From: Thiobacillus sp. UBA2597
GTDB lineage: Bacteria > Pseudomonadota > Gammaproteobacteria > Burkholderiales > Thiobacillaceae
Direction of reading: 5' to 3'
DNA length: 64,000 nt
NCBI GenBank assembly: GCA_002339725.1
Contig: DDKN01000001.1
Coordinates: 173-64,172 of the forward strand
Shown: positions 44,443 to 53,558 of the stretch, one piece after another
Layout of the letters: each line of letters opens with the position of its first letter
Position numbering within the stretch: the stretch's first letter is position 1
Made by a program: the position numbers and the translations under genes
The notes under the pieces: model-generated
What the model was told of the DNA's origin: nothing
What the model saw: the letters and a program-made list of their open reading frames with translations, nothing else
The model's database searches: none

Positions 44443-44876
44443 TAGTCGGTGAGCTGTTGGCGCGCCCAGGCCAGGATGGGCTGGAGCCGGGGCGGCAAGA
44501 GGCGTTGGGCCTCGGCGAAGTCGACCCAGCGCCATTCGTCGTGCTCGGGCCGACCCAGTTCGGGCGCGATCGGCAGGTGGATGTCACGCTGCCGGGTCTC
44601 GGCCAGGTAATAACGCGCCACCTTGCCCCGGCGGTAGGGCTCGGTTTCGCGGTAAATCTCGCCCCAGCGAAAATCGAGATCGGTGACCGAAGACTCCTCG
44701 GCCGTCTCCCGGATGGCGCCGGCCAGGGGGGTCTCGCCCGGCTCCAGGGTGCCCTTGGGGAAATCCCAATGGTTGTAGCAGCGCAGGATGAGCAGGCGCC
44801 AGTCACCACCCTCCCGGCGCGCGACGACCACCCCGGCGGACAAACGCCTGGCAGCAGGATTGGTTTGAGCGCTCAT
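44442..44876 (-). CDS. NUDIX hydrolase (NUDT2/Ap4A-hydrolase-like)
   Basis: Nudix box GTLEPGETPLAGAIRETAEESSV preceded by WDFPKG. Confidence 0.85.
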   Translation of the reverse strand: MSAQTNPAARRLSAGVVVARREGGDWRLLILRCYNHWDFPKGTLEPGETPLAGAIRETAEESSVTDLDFRWGEIYRETEPYRRGKVARYYLAETRQRDIHLPIAPELGRPEHDEWRWVDFAEAQRLLPPRLQPILAWARQQLTD

Positions 44877-45243
44877 GTGCCAAGCATACGGGCTTGCCCC
44901 GGGAATGAGTAGGGTGCGCGCCGGGCTATAGTTGAGACATGACTCTGCCATGCGTCACGCGCGCCCTGCCCGACGTTTCAGTGCCGGTCCCAGCGGCAAC
45001 ATGCCGAATCAAGCCGCCGGGTGATGGTGGAGTCACGGCTGTCTGCGCCCGCCCGGCGCGTGCGCGGTCCGGTCCGGGCAATCGCGAAATTTTGGGCTGC
45101 GGGCCAGGCGGATGCGGGCCGGCCGCCCCAGGCCCGGCCGGCGGCAAAACCCGGTATGGATGTACCAGTTTCGTGGCGGCGAAGGCTCATGCTACCGTTC
45201 TCTCCGACTATTCAAATAAAACAACGACAAATCAGGGCAGGCC

Positions 45244-47511
45244 ATGACAAAGGGGCTTTTTCGGGAAAGACGCGTGGCCATCGCCGGTGTCGGCTTCGCC
45301 GCGCTGATCGGGCTCATGGCACTGCTCGCCGCCACCACCGTCATCCACGGCGAATGGGTGGTCGGCCGGATGCAGGCGGCGATCGCCGAGCACAGCGAAA
45401 AGCTCAACCAGGCCAACACCATGTACAGCGCGGCGCGGGAACGCTCGTTCAATGCCGTGACCATGATCCTGTCGACCGACAGGGCCAGGCTCGATGCCCT
45501 GGTTCAGCGTCACAGCGAGCTCGCCTCGGAATACATGGCGGCACGCGAGCGCCTGCTGGCCCAGCCGCTCAACGCCGAGGAGCGCCGTCTGATGGACCAG
45601 CAGTTCAGGCTGGTGCGCGCGACCTCACCCCGGCTCAACGAGGCCCTGGACCTGCTGATCATGGGTGAGGTCGAGACCGCGCGCCGCCTGCTGGTCTACG
45701 AGGTGCTGCCCAGGCAGAACCAGTTGCTCGAGGTCCTGGGCCGCCAGGCCGCGCTGCAGCACCAGGCCATGCAGGCCCTGCTGAGCCAGGTCAAGACCAG
45801 TCAGCGCGGGCACTGGTGGTTTCTGAGCGGGGTGGGCGCGCTGACCCTGGCCCTGGCGGTCATCGTCGCCGGCTACATCCTGCGCCGCCTGGCCCAGGCC
45901 GAGGACCAGGTCTTCGCCAAAACCACGCTCGAGGCGGTGACCGAGGCCGTGGTGGTGACCGATGCCCGGCAGCGCGTGCGCTACCTCAATCCGGCGGCCG
46001 AGCGGCTGATCGGTTTCAGCCTGGAGCAGGCGATCGAGCGGCCGGTCGCCGAGGTGCTCAAGCTCACCCCTCCGGCGCAGCCCGGCTATCCGTTCAAGCT
46101 CAGTCACCAAAGCGGCCAGACGGTGGACGTGGAGTACGCCGTGTCCGACATTCACGGCGGCGAGCGCCATCTGGGCGCGGTCTGGGTATTCCACGACGTC
46201 ACCTACACCCTGAGCATCGCCAGCCAGCTCGCCTATCAGGCCAGTCACGACCCGCTCACCGGCCTGCCCAACCGCCGCGCCTTCGAACTGGCGCTGGAGG
46301 AAGCCCTCAAGAACAACCGCAGCCAGCCCCAGTCGCATGTGGTCGGCTTCCTCGACCTGGACATGTTCAAGATCGTCAACGACAGCTGCGGCCACGCGGC
46401 GGGCGACGAGCTGCTCAAGCAGATCGGCCGCCTGTTCCAGGACAGGATGCGCGCGAGCGACCTGCTCGCCCGGCTGGGCGGCGACGAATTCGGCTTCCTG
46501 TTGCGCGGCTGCGCCATCGATGACGCGAAGAAGGTGGCCGAAAGCCTGCTGGCGGCGGTGCGCGATTATCGCTTCGACTGGAACGGCCGCAGCTTCACCC
46601 TCGGCGCCAGCATCGGGCTGAGCACCATCGATGCCGACACCAGCCAGTCCGCCACGGTGATCAAACAGGCCGACGCTGCCTGCTATGCCGCCAAGGACCG
46701 CGGCCGCAACCAGATCTGCGTCTACAGCGCGAGTGAATCGGAGGAGACCGGGCGGCGCGACGAAATGGAATGGGCCGAACGCATCCAACGCGCCCTGCAG
46801 GAAGACCGCTTCGTGCTCTATGGCCAGCCCATCATCATGCTCGACCAGACACCGCCGGCCGACAGCCGCAAGGTGGAGGTCCTGCTTCGCATGCGGGAGC
46901 CGGACGGCAGGCTGATCGCACCCGGCGCCTTCCTGCCGGCGGCCGAGCGCTACAACCTGATGCCGGCGATCGACCGCTGGGTGATCCGCCACGCCCTGGC
47001 CTGGGCCGGCAGTAAGACCGGACGCCGGTTCTCCCACATCGCGATCAATCTTTCCGGCAGCTCGATCGGCGATCCCGAGCTGTACGACTTCATCGTCGGC
47101 GAGATCGCGGCGAGCGGCGCCGACCCCGGCGCGCTCTGCTTCGAGATCACGGAAAGCGCCGCCATCGCCAATTTCAAGCAATGCGCCAGCTGCATCGAGT
47201 CGCTGCGCAAGATGGGCTGCAAGTTCGCCCTGGACGATTTCGGCACCGGCATGGCCTCGTTCTCCTATCTCAAGAACCTGGGCCTGGACTACCTGAAGAT
47301 CGATGGCAATTACATCCGCGAGATGCAGTACAACCTGTATCACTACTCGATGACCGAGGCGATCACCCGGGTCGGCCATGCCATGGGCCTGAAGACCATG
47401 GCCGCCTTCGTCGAGAGCGAGGAATCGTTGCAGAAGCTGAAGGAGCTCGGCGTCGACTACGCCCAGGGCTACAAGATCGCACCGCCTCAGCCGCTCGACA
47501 GCCTGGGCTGA
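45244..47511 (+). CDS. Membrane GGDEF-EAL protein with four-helix-bundle-like sensor and PAS domain
   Basis: TM - helical sensor - TM, PAS, an RASD I-site plus GGDEF (ARLGGDEFGFLL), then EAL (EVLLRM, DDFGTGMASFSYL). Confidence 0.9.
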   Translation: MTKGLFRERRVAIAGVGFAALIGLMALLAATTVIHGEWVVGRMQAAIAEHSEKLNQANTMYSAARERSFNAVTMILSTDRARLDALVQRHSELASEYMAARERLLAQPLNAEERRLMDQQFRLVRATSPRLNEALDLLIMGEVETARRLLVYEVLPRQNQLLEVLGRQAALQHQAMQALLSQVKTSQRGHWWFLSGVGALTLALAVIVAGYILRRLAQAEDQVFAKTTLEAVTEAVVVTDARQRVRYLNPAAERLIGFSLEQAIERPVAEVLKLTPPAQPGYPFKLSHQSGQTVDVEYAVSDIHGGERHLGAVWVFHDVTYTLSIASQLAYQASHDPLTGLPNRRAFELALEEALKNNRSQPQSHVVGFLDLDMFKIVNDSCGHAAGDELLKQIGRLFQDRMRASDLLARLGGDEFGFLLRGCAIDDAKKVAESLLAAVRDYRFDWNGRSFTLGASIGLSTIDADTSQSATVIKQADAACYAAKDRGRNQICVYSASESEETGRRDEMEWAERIQRALQEDRFVLYGQPIIMLDQTPPADSRKVEVLLRMREPDGRLIAPGAFLPAAERYNLMPAIDRWVIRHALAWAGSKTGRRFSHIAINLSGSSIGDPELYDFIVGEIAASGADPGALCFEITESAAIANFKQCASCIESLRKMGCKFALDDFGTGMASFSYLKNLGLDYLKIDGNYIREMQYNLYHYSMTEAITRVGHAMGLKTMAAFVESEESLQKLKELGVDYAQGYKIAPPQPLDSLG

Positions 47512-48362
47512 GGCATCGGCCCGGCCAGGGCGGAGAGGGGGATCGGGCCGCGCAACTGGCGCCAGAGGGCCGTCCCCATGCCGAGCTGGAAGCTGCCCCT
47601 CTCGGCGGCAAAGGCATGCGGCAAGTCGCGCCAGCCCAGGTGGGGCTGGCGATGATGCGTGCCGTGGTAATTGAAATTGAGCAGCAGGCGCGCCAGCCAG
47701 CCCGGCAGGCTGAGGCTCATGGCGTAGCGCGTCTCGCCCAGCGGCGTGGCGTAGTGGTAGGCGTTGTCGTTGAGCGAGACGATCAGGGCGCGGCCATAGA
47801 GGGCGAGCGCCAGCAGCCAGGCCTGGCTGCCATAGGCCCAGAAACCGAAGCCGAACAAGAGCAGGATGGCGCAGGCATCGAGCCGGACCTCGCGCAGGAC
47901 AGCGGCCTGGGTCAGTTTCTCCGCCATGAGCGCCACCACATTGTCCTCCCGCGCAAGCCGGCGCCCCGCGGCGCGGATCCAGCGGCGCGGCAGCAGAAAC
48001 AGCGGCACGCAGAGCCATTCGTAGACATACAGCCCGCCCAGCAGGCGGAAATAATAGGCCGGCGCCGCCTGCGCCCGGCTGACGCGGGCATCGTCATACA
48101 CCTCGCTGCGATCGCGCGGCGTGCGGCTCAGGCCATGGTGCAGCAGATGCCCGCGGCGCAGCACCTGGAACGGCGCGCCATAAGCCACGGCGAGCAGGCG
48201 GCCGGCCAGGTGATTGAGCCGCCGGCTTCCGCTCAAGCTGCCATGGATCGCCTCGTGAATCAGGGCCCAGAAGGTCAGGCTCGACAGCGCCACCGGCAAC
48301 AGCAGCCAGCCCCAGCGCGGGTCGGTCGGCAACAGCCAGAGCGGCAGCAGGAAAAATTGCAT
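47487..48362 (-). CDS. Fatty acid desaturase family membrane protein
   Basis: His boxes HEAIHG, HLLHH and HGTHHRQP. Start uncertain: ATG at 48362, and the ORF stays open upstream to 48578. Confidence 0.75.
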   Translation of the reverse strand: MQFFLLPLWLLPTDPRWGWLLLPVALSSLTFWALIHEAIHGSLSGSRRLNHLAGRLLAVAYGAPFQVLRRGHLLHHGLSRTPRDRSEVYDDARVSRAQAAPAYYFRLLGGLYVYEWLCVPLFLLPRRWIRAAGRRLAREDNVVALMAEKLTQAAVLREVRLDACAILLLFGFGFWAYGSQAWLLALALYGRALIVSLNDNAYHYATPLGETRYAMSLSLPGWLARLLLNFNYHGTHHRQPHLGWRDLPHAFAAERGSFQLGMGTALWRQLRGPIPLSALAGPMPQPRLSSG

Positions 48363-48637
48363 CAGGTTGATCGAGACAAAACATGCCACCAGAAGCCCGT
48401 TCACCCGCACCGCTCCATCCGATTCCGTCCGGATGAAGATTTTGTGCCGGACAGATGACGCCGGCGTGACAGCGCCGAAAACCGGCGGAAGACGCCGAAC
48501 CCTGTTACAATCGCGCCCAGCGGTATGTGTTCCAGTCTTTCTGCCGCCGTCTCTTCCGACGCACCTCACCGCCCCCATCTGCCTCAGACTGGCGCCGCCC
48601 GCGCGGCGACAGGCCGATACTTTTATTTGGAAACACC

Positions 48638-49981
48638 ATGTCCTTTGCCAGCCTCGGCCTGTCCGAAGCCCTTGTCCGCGCCGTCACCGAGCGCGGTTAC
48701 ACCACCCCCACGCCGATCCAGGCCCAGGCGATTCCCGCCGTGCTCTCGGGCGGTGATCTGCTCGCCGGCGCCCAGACCGGCACCGGCAAGACCGCCGGCT
48801 TCGTCCTGCCCCTGCTGCAACGCCTGAGCCAGGAACATCGGCCCCTGCCCAACCACGGCAAGGCGCCCATCCGCGCCCTGGTGCTCACCCCAACGCGCGA
48901 ACTCGCCGCCCAGGTGGAAGAATCGGTGCGCGCCTACGGCAAGCACCTGCACCTGCATTCCATGGTGATGTTCGGCGGTGTCAACATCAATCCCCAGATC
49001 CAGAAGCTGCGCGGCCAGGTCGACATCCTGGTCGCCACCCCCGGCCGCCTGCTCGATCACGTGCAGCAGAAGACCGTGGACCTGTCGCATGTCGAGATCC
49101 TGGTGCTGGACGAGGCCGACCGCATGCTCGACATGGGTTTCATCCGCGACATCAAAAAGGTGCTCGCCCTGCTGCCGAAGAAGCGGCAGAACCTCCTGTT
49201 CTCCGCCACCTTCTCGGACGAGATCAAGGCCCTGGCCGACGGCCTGCTCGACAAGCCGGCGCTGATCGAGGTGGCCCGGCGCAACGCCACCGCCGACACC
49301 GTGGCGCAGAAGGTCTACCCGGTGGACCGCGACAAGAAGCGGCAATTGCTCACCCACCTGATCCAGGAAAATCAGTGGTTCCAGGTGCTGGTGTTCACCC
49401 GCACCAAGCACGGCGCCAACCGCCTGGCCGAGCAGCTGTCGAAGGACGGCATCCCGGCCCTGGCCATCCACGGCAACAAGAGCCAGGCCGCCCGCACCCG
49501 GGCGCTGACCGAGTTCAAGAGCGGCAAGCTGCAGGTGCTGGTCGCCACCGACATCGCCGCGCGCGGCATCGACATCAGCGAACTGCCGCATGTGGTGAAC
49601 TACGAGCTGCCCAACGTGCCGGAGGACTATGTCCATCGCATCGGTCGTACCGGCCGGGCCGGCAGCACCGGCGAGGCGGTGTCGCTGGTCTGCGTCGACG
49701 AGCACAAGTTCCTGGCCGACATCGAACGCCTGATCAAGCGCAAGCTGCCGCAGGAGGTAGTGCCCGGCTTCGAGCCCGACCCCAATGCCCGGCCCGAGCC
49801 GATCCAGCTGCGCAGCCAGGAACACCAGCAGCGCGGCCGCGGCCAATCGGCACCGCGCGGCGGCCAACCGGGACGGTCCGGCGGCAAGCCGCAAGGGGCC
49901 AAACCCCAGGGCGGGCATCCGGCCAGGCCGGGCGGGCCACGGCCGCCGCTGTCGCACCGCTCGGGCGGCCGGCATCAATAA
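48638..49981 (+). CDS. rhlE: ATP-dependent DEAD-box RNA helicase RhlE
   Basis: Q-motif [31 protein letters not shown] and a basic Gly/Arg-rich C-terminal tail. Confidence 0.92.
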   Translation: MSFASLGLSEALVRAVTERGYTTPTPIQAQAIPAVLSGGDLLAGAQTGTGKTAGFVLPLLQRLSQEHRPLPNHGKAPIRALVLTPTRELAAQVEESVRAYGKHLHLHSMVMFGGVNINPQIQKLRGQVDILVATPGRLLDHVQQKTVDLSHVEILVLDEADRMLDMGFIRDIKKVLALLPKKRQNLLFSATFSDEIKALADGLLDKPALIEVARRNATADTVAQKVYPVDRDKKRQLLTHLIQENQWFQVLVFTRTKHGANRLAEQLSKDGIPALAIHGNKSQAARTRALTEFKSGKLQVLVATDIAARGIDISELPHVVNYELPNVPEDYVHRIGRTGRAGSTGEAVSLVCVDEHKFLADIERLIKRKLPQEVVPGFEPDPNARPEPIQLRSQEHQQRGRGQSAPRGGQPGRSGGKPQGAKPQGGHPARPGGPRPPLSHRSGGRHQ

Positions 49982-49988
49982 ACGCTCA

Positions 49989-50025
49989 GCGCAGAGCGCC
50001 CGGCGCTTTGCCGAGCGCTCTGCGC
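49989..50025 (+). terminator. Strong stem-loop downstream of rhlE (terminator-like, no U-tract)
   Basis: GCGCAGAGCGC ... GCGCTCTGCGC, an 11-bp stem, with an inner CGGC/GCCG stem. Confidence 0.4.
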
Positions 50026-50139
50026 ACCGTGGCTCGCCTGCCACACTGGCGCGCGTTCCCGCGCCGACAGCCGCTGCCTAATTCGTAATCAGCCGCTGCC
50101 GCCCTATACTGCAGTCATTTCCAGGAAGGGGAATGGCAC

Positions 50140-50370
50140 ATGCTGCAAACCAGCCTGACCAAGCACGGTTTCCGCATCCGCACCCGCAGCGGGGTGATCG
50201 TCGACAACCTCCAGATTTACGGCCGCGATGCGCAGGAGGCCGAGCAGAAACTCATGCGCATGTACCCCGGCTGCACCGTGATGGATAGCCGCGTGGTGGC
50301 GCCGGCCTGCAACGCCAATGCCGGTTCCAGTTTCGAAGACGTGGTCGATCTGCTGACCACCGGTTCTTAA
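50140..50370 (+). CDS. Small hypothetical protein (76 aa)
   Basis: Strong GC3 bias and an AGGAAGGGG RBS-like sequence upstream. No recognisable domain. Its 3' end overlaps the ParA-like gene by 4 nt (TTAA). Confidence 0.5.
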   Translation: MLQTSLTKHGFRIRTRSGVIVDNLQIYGRDAQEAEQKLMRMYPGCTVMDSRVVAPACNANAGSSFEDVVDLLTTGS

Positions 50371-51131
50371 GCCAAACCCTGCTCCATCAGTTCCTCGCAC
50401 AGCGCCATGTAGTCCTGGGCGCCGTGGCTGGCCCGGGCGTGATGAAAGACATCGCGGTTGTAGGCCGGGCTCTCCGCGATCGACACGTTCTCCGCGATCA
50501 CCGTCTTGCACACCTCGCTGCCGAAGCGCTCGTTCATGCGCAGCAGGATCTCCCCGCTCATCCTGCGCCGCCGGTCGAACCGGGTGAGCAGATAGCGCCG
50601 CGCCACCCGGCGCTTGAGCACCGGCTCCAATAGATCGAGGGTGCGGGCCATCTCCTCGGCCGCCTGCAGCGAAAGGAAATCGGTCGACACCGGGATCAGC
50701 ACCAGGTCGGCGGCGAAGATGGCATTCAATGACAGCACGCCGACGTAAGGACAGCAATCGATCAGCGTGGGCCGCGCGCCCGCCGCAGCCTCCAGCGCAT
50801 CCAGGCCCTGACGCAGACGGTTGAGCACGGCCGGGCCTTTGCCGAAGATGGAATCGACCTTGATCATCTGCGGGTGCGAGGGGATCAGATGACCGAGCAT
50901 CTCCCACTCGCGCTGCAATTGCTTGAGGGGAATGCCGTCCTGGTAGAAGGCGAACAGGCTGTGCGCCACCTCGGGCCGCGCGGGGTTCTGGATGTGGCTC
51001 AGATGCCCCTGGGGATCGAGGTCGATCAGCAGGGGCAGGCGGCCCTGCCGGCGCAACGCGGCCGCCAGATTCAAGACCGTGGTGGTCTTGCCCACCCCGC
51101 CCTTCTGATTGAATACCGCCAGGCGTGCCAC
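50367..51131 (-). CDS. ParA/MinD-family P-loop ATPase (orphan)
   Basis: Deviant Walker A NQKGGVGKTTT and DLDPQG. No parB or partition context visible. Confidence 0.85.
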   Translation of the reverse strand: MARLAVFNQKGGVGKTTTVLNLAAALRRQGRLPLLIDLDPQGHLSHIQNPARPEVAHSLFAFYQDGIPLKQLQREWEMLGHLIPSHPQMIKVDSIFGKGPAVLNRLRQGLDALEAAAGARPTLIDCCPYVGVLSLNAIFAADLVLIPVSTDFLSLQAAEEMARTLDLLEPVLKRRVARRYLLTRFDRRRRMSGEILLRMNERFGSEVCKTVIAENVSIAESPAYNRDVFHHARASHGAQDYMALCEELMEQGLA

Positions 51132-51236
51132 TCGTGCGCTCCCTGTTGTCCGCGCGCCGCGATCGGATGCGAGATATCGACGGCCGCTCGCGGGAAAGAT
51201 ACCCTTGCCCCTGCCGATCCATCAAGCAAGGGGCGC

Positions 51237-53558
51237 ATGCGATGTGCTTGGGTGAAAACCACCGTGCAGGATAACCTCAGCGGCCGTCAGGCCCGCCGCA
51301 TCGTGCTCGCCGGCCGGGTGCAGGGCGTCGGCTTCCGCCCCTTCGTCTACCGCCTGGCCAAACAGCGGGGCATCCAAGGCTGGGTGCGCAACGTCACCGG
51401 CCAGGTGGTCGTTCACGCCGAGGCCGATGCCACCGCACTCGACAGCTTCGCCGCCGCGCTGATCGATGAGGCCCCGGCCGCGGCCCGGCCCGAGCTGCTG
51501 AGCAACAACGCCGTCGCCGCCGAAGGCCGGGCGGACTTTTACATCCTCGACAGCGAGGCCGGCACGCCCGACATCCACCTGCCGCCCGATCTCTTCGCCT
51601 GCCCCGATTGCCTGCGCGAACTGGACGACCCGGGCGATCGGCGCCACCACTATTCCTTCATCAACTGCACCCAGTGCGGCCCGCGCTATACCCTGATCGA
51701 GCGCCTGCCCTACGACCGGCCCAACACCGCCATGCGCGGCTTTCCGCTCTGCCCGTCCTGCCGCGCCGAATACCAGGACCCGATGAACCGCCGCTTCCAC
51801 GCCGAGCCCGTGGCCTGCCCGGTATGCGGGCCGCATCTGAACTTCGTCGCAGGCGGGCAAACCATCGCCGGCGACGCAGCCGCCCTGCAGGCCGTCCTCG
51901 CCGCGCTCAAGGCCGGCCAGATCGTTGCGGTGAAGGGCATCGGCGGTTATCACCTGATGTGCGACGCCTGCAACGAAACCGCCGTCGCCACCCTGCGCGC
52001 GCGCAAAAAGCGTCCGGCCAAACCCTTCGCCGTGCTCTTCCCGCCCGACGAAGCCGCCTTGCATCGCTCGGTGACGGCAAGCGCGGCCGATCTCGGCTTT
52101 TTGCGCGCCGCCGCCCGGCCCATCCTGCTTTTGCCCAGGCGGGCCGGCTCGCCGCTGGCGGACGGCATCGCGCCCGGCCTCAACGAAATCGGCTGCCTGC
52201 TGCCTTACAGCCCACTGCACCATCTGCTGCTCGCCGGCTTCGGCGGGCCGCTGGTGGCCACCTCGGCCAACATCAGCGGCGAACCCGTGCTCACCGACAA
52301 CATGGAGGCGCAGACCCGGCTCGGCCAGGTCGCCGACGGCTTTCTCCATCACGACCGGCCCATCGTGCGTCCGGCCGACGACGCGGTGTACCGGCCCATC
52401 GCCGGCCGGCCGCGGCCGCTACGCCTGGGCCGCGGTGTCGCCCCGGTGGAACTGAAACTGCCGCGCCCGGTGCCCCAGCCGGTGCTGGCCCTGGGTGCCC
52501 ACAGCAAGAACAGCATCGCCCTGGCCTGGGGCGAGCGCGCCGTGCTCTCGCCCCACATCGGCGAACTCGGCAGCGCGAAAAGCCTGGACGTGCTGGCCCA
52601 GGTCGCCGCCGACCTGCAAAACCTGTATCAGGTGCGGGCGGAACGCCTCCTGCTCGACCACCACCCCGGCTACGGCTACCGCCCATACGCCCGCAGCCTC
52701 GAGCTGCCGCTCACGCCCATCTGGCACCACCACGCCCATGCCTCGGCCCTGGCCTGGGAATTCCCCGATGTCGCCAACTGGATCGTGTTCGCCTGGGACG
52801 GCGTCGGCCTGGGCGAGGGCGACCAGCTGCACGGCGGCGAGGCCTATGTCGGCCGGCCCGGCCATTGGCAGCGCGCCGCAAGCTTTAGGCCGTTCAGACT
52901 GCCCGGCGGCGACCAGGCCGCGCGCGAGCCCTGGCGCGCCGCCGCCGCCCTCCTGTGGGAGACGGGCCAGCCCGCCCCCTTCGCCCCGGAACTCCTGAAG
53001 GCCGCCTGGGACCGCGGCCTCAACAGCCCGGCCAGCAGCGCCGTCGGCCGCCTGTTCGACGCCGCCGCCGCCCTGACCGGCCTGTGCACCACGGCCAGCT
53101 TCGAGGCCGAGGCGCCGATGCGGCTGGAGGCGGCCGCATCCCCCTTCCTGCCTTTTCCACAAGAGAGGAAGGCGCACTCCCTCCCCATTCATGGGGAAGG
53201 CCGGGGTGGGGAATGGGTCGAGCTTGCCCTCACCCGTGATGCCCACGGCCTCTGGCGCTGCGATTGGTCGCCGCTGCTGCCCTATCTCACCGACGCCAGC
53301 CGCCCGGCCGGCGTGCGCGCCGCCGGCTTTCACCTAAGCCTTGCCCACGCCCTGCTGGCTCAGGCCGAGCGCCTGCGCGCGGAACATGGCCTGTGTGACG
53401 TCGGCCTCACCGGCGGCGTCTTCCAGAATCGCCTGCTGACCGAACAGGTGCTAGCCTTGCTCACGGCGGCGGGCTTTCGCGTGCACCTGCCTGAACAGGT
53501 GCCGGTCAACGACGCCGGCATCGCCCTGGGACAAATCGTGGAGTGGTTGTATGGATGA
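51237..53558 (+). CDS. hypF: Carbamoyltransferase HypF ([NiFe]-hydrogenase maturation)
   Basis: Acylphosphatase domain (GRVQGVGFRPFVYRLA), two CxxC-x18-CxxC zinc fingers, YrdC-like (KGIGGYHLMCDA) and Kae1-like C-terminus. Carries an in-frame repeat at 53139-53214. The start could also be the GTG 15 nt downstream. Confidence 0.9.
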   Translation: MRCAWVKTTVQDNLSGRQARRIVLAGRVQGVGFRPFVYRLAKQRGIQGWVRNVTGQVVVHAEADATALDSFAAALIDEAPAAARPELLSNNAVAAEGRADFYILDSEAGTPDIHLPPDLFACPDCLRELDDPGDRRHHYSFINCTQCGPRYTLIERLPYDRPNTAMRGFPLCPSCRAEYQDPMNRRFHAEPVACPVCGPHLNFVAGGQTIAGDAAALQAVLAALKAGQIVAVKGIGGYHLMCDACNETAVATLRARKKRPAKPFAVLFPPDEAALHRSVTASAADLGFLRAAARPILLLPRRAGSPLADGIAPGLNEIGCLLPYSPLHHLLLAGFGGPLVATSANISGEPVLTDNMEAQTRLGQVADGFLHHDRPIVRPADDAVYRPIAGRPRPLRLGRGVAPVELKLPRPVPQPVLALGAHSKNSIALAWGERAVLSPHIGELGSAKSLDVLAQVAADLQNLYQVRAERLLLDHHPGYGYRPYARSLELPLTPIWHHHAHASALAWEFPDVANWIVFAWDGVGLGEGDQLHGGEAYVGRPGHWQRAASFRPFRLPGGDQAAREPWRAAAALLWETGQPAPFAPELLKAAWDRGLNSPASSAVGRLFDAAAALTGLCTTASFEAEAPMRLEAAASPFLPFPQERKAHSLPIHGEGRGGEWVELALTRDAHGLWRCDWSPLLPYLTDASRPAGVRAAGFHLSLAHALLAQAERLRAEHGLCDVGLTGGVFQNRLLTEQVLALLTAAGFRVHLPEQVPVNDAGIALGQIVEWLYG
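53139..53214. repeat. Double-hairpin REP/MITE-like element embedded in-frame in hypF
   Basis: Gapless manual alignment to the reverse complement of 62542-62617 gives about 57/76 identities. Includes the hairpin CCCTCCCCAT-TC-ATGGGGAAGG and a GGGGTGGGGAAT tail. Encodes SPFLPFPQERKAHSLPIHGEGRGGE. Confidence 0.65.

Noticed and set aside
42743-44809. 688-aa ORF that would fuse DUF72 to a long N-terminal extension
   Set aside because: Only the last 237 aa, from MQILIGTSGW, look like DUF72. The upstream part is an Arg/Ala/Pro-rich out-of-frame reading across the MBL and Nudix genes.
45625-48018. 797-aa minus-strand ORF
   Set aside because: It is antisense to the GGDEF-EAL gene and runs into the desaturase gene out of frame. 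No motifs.
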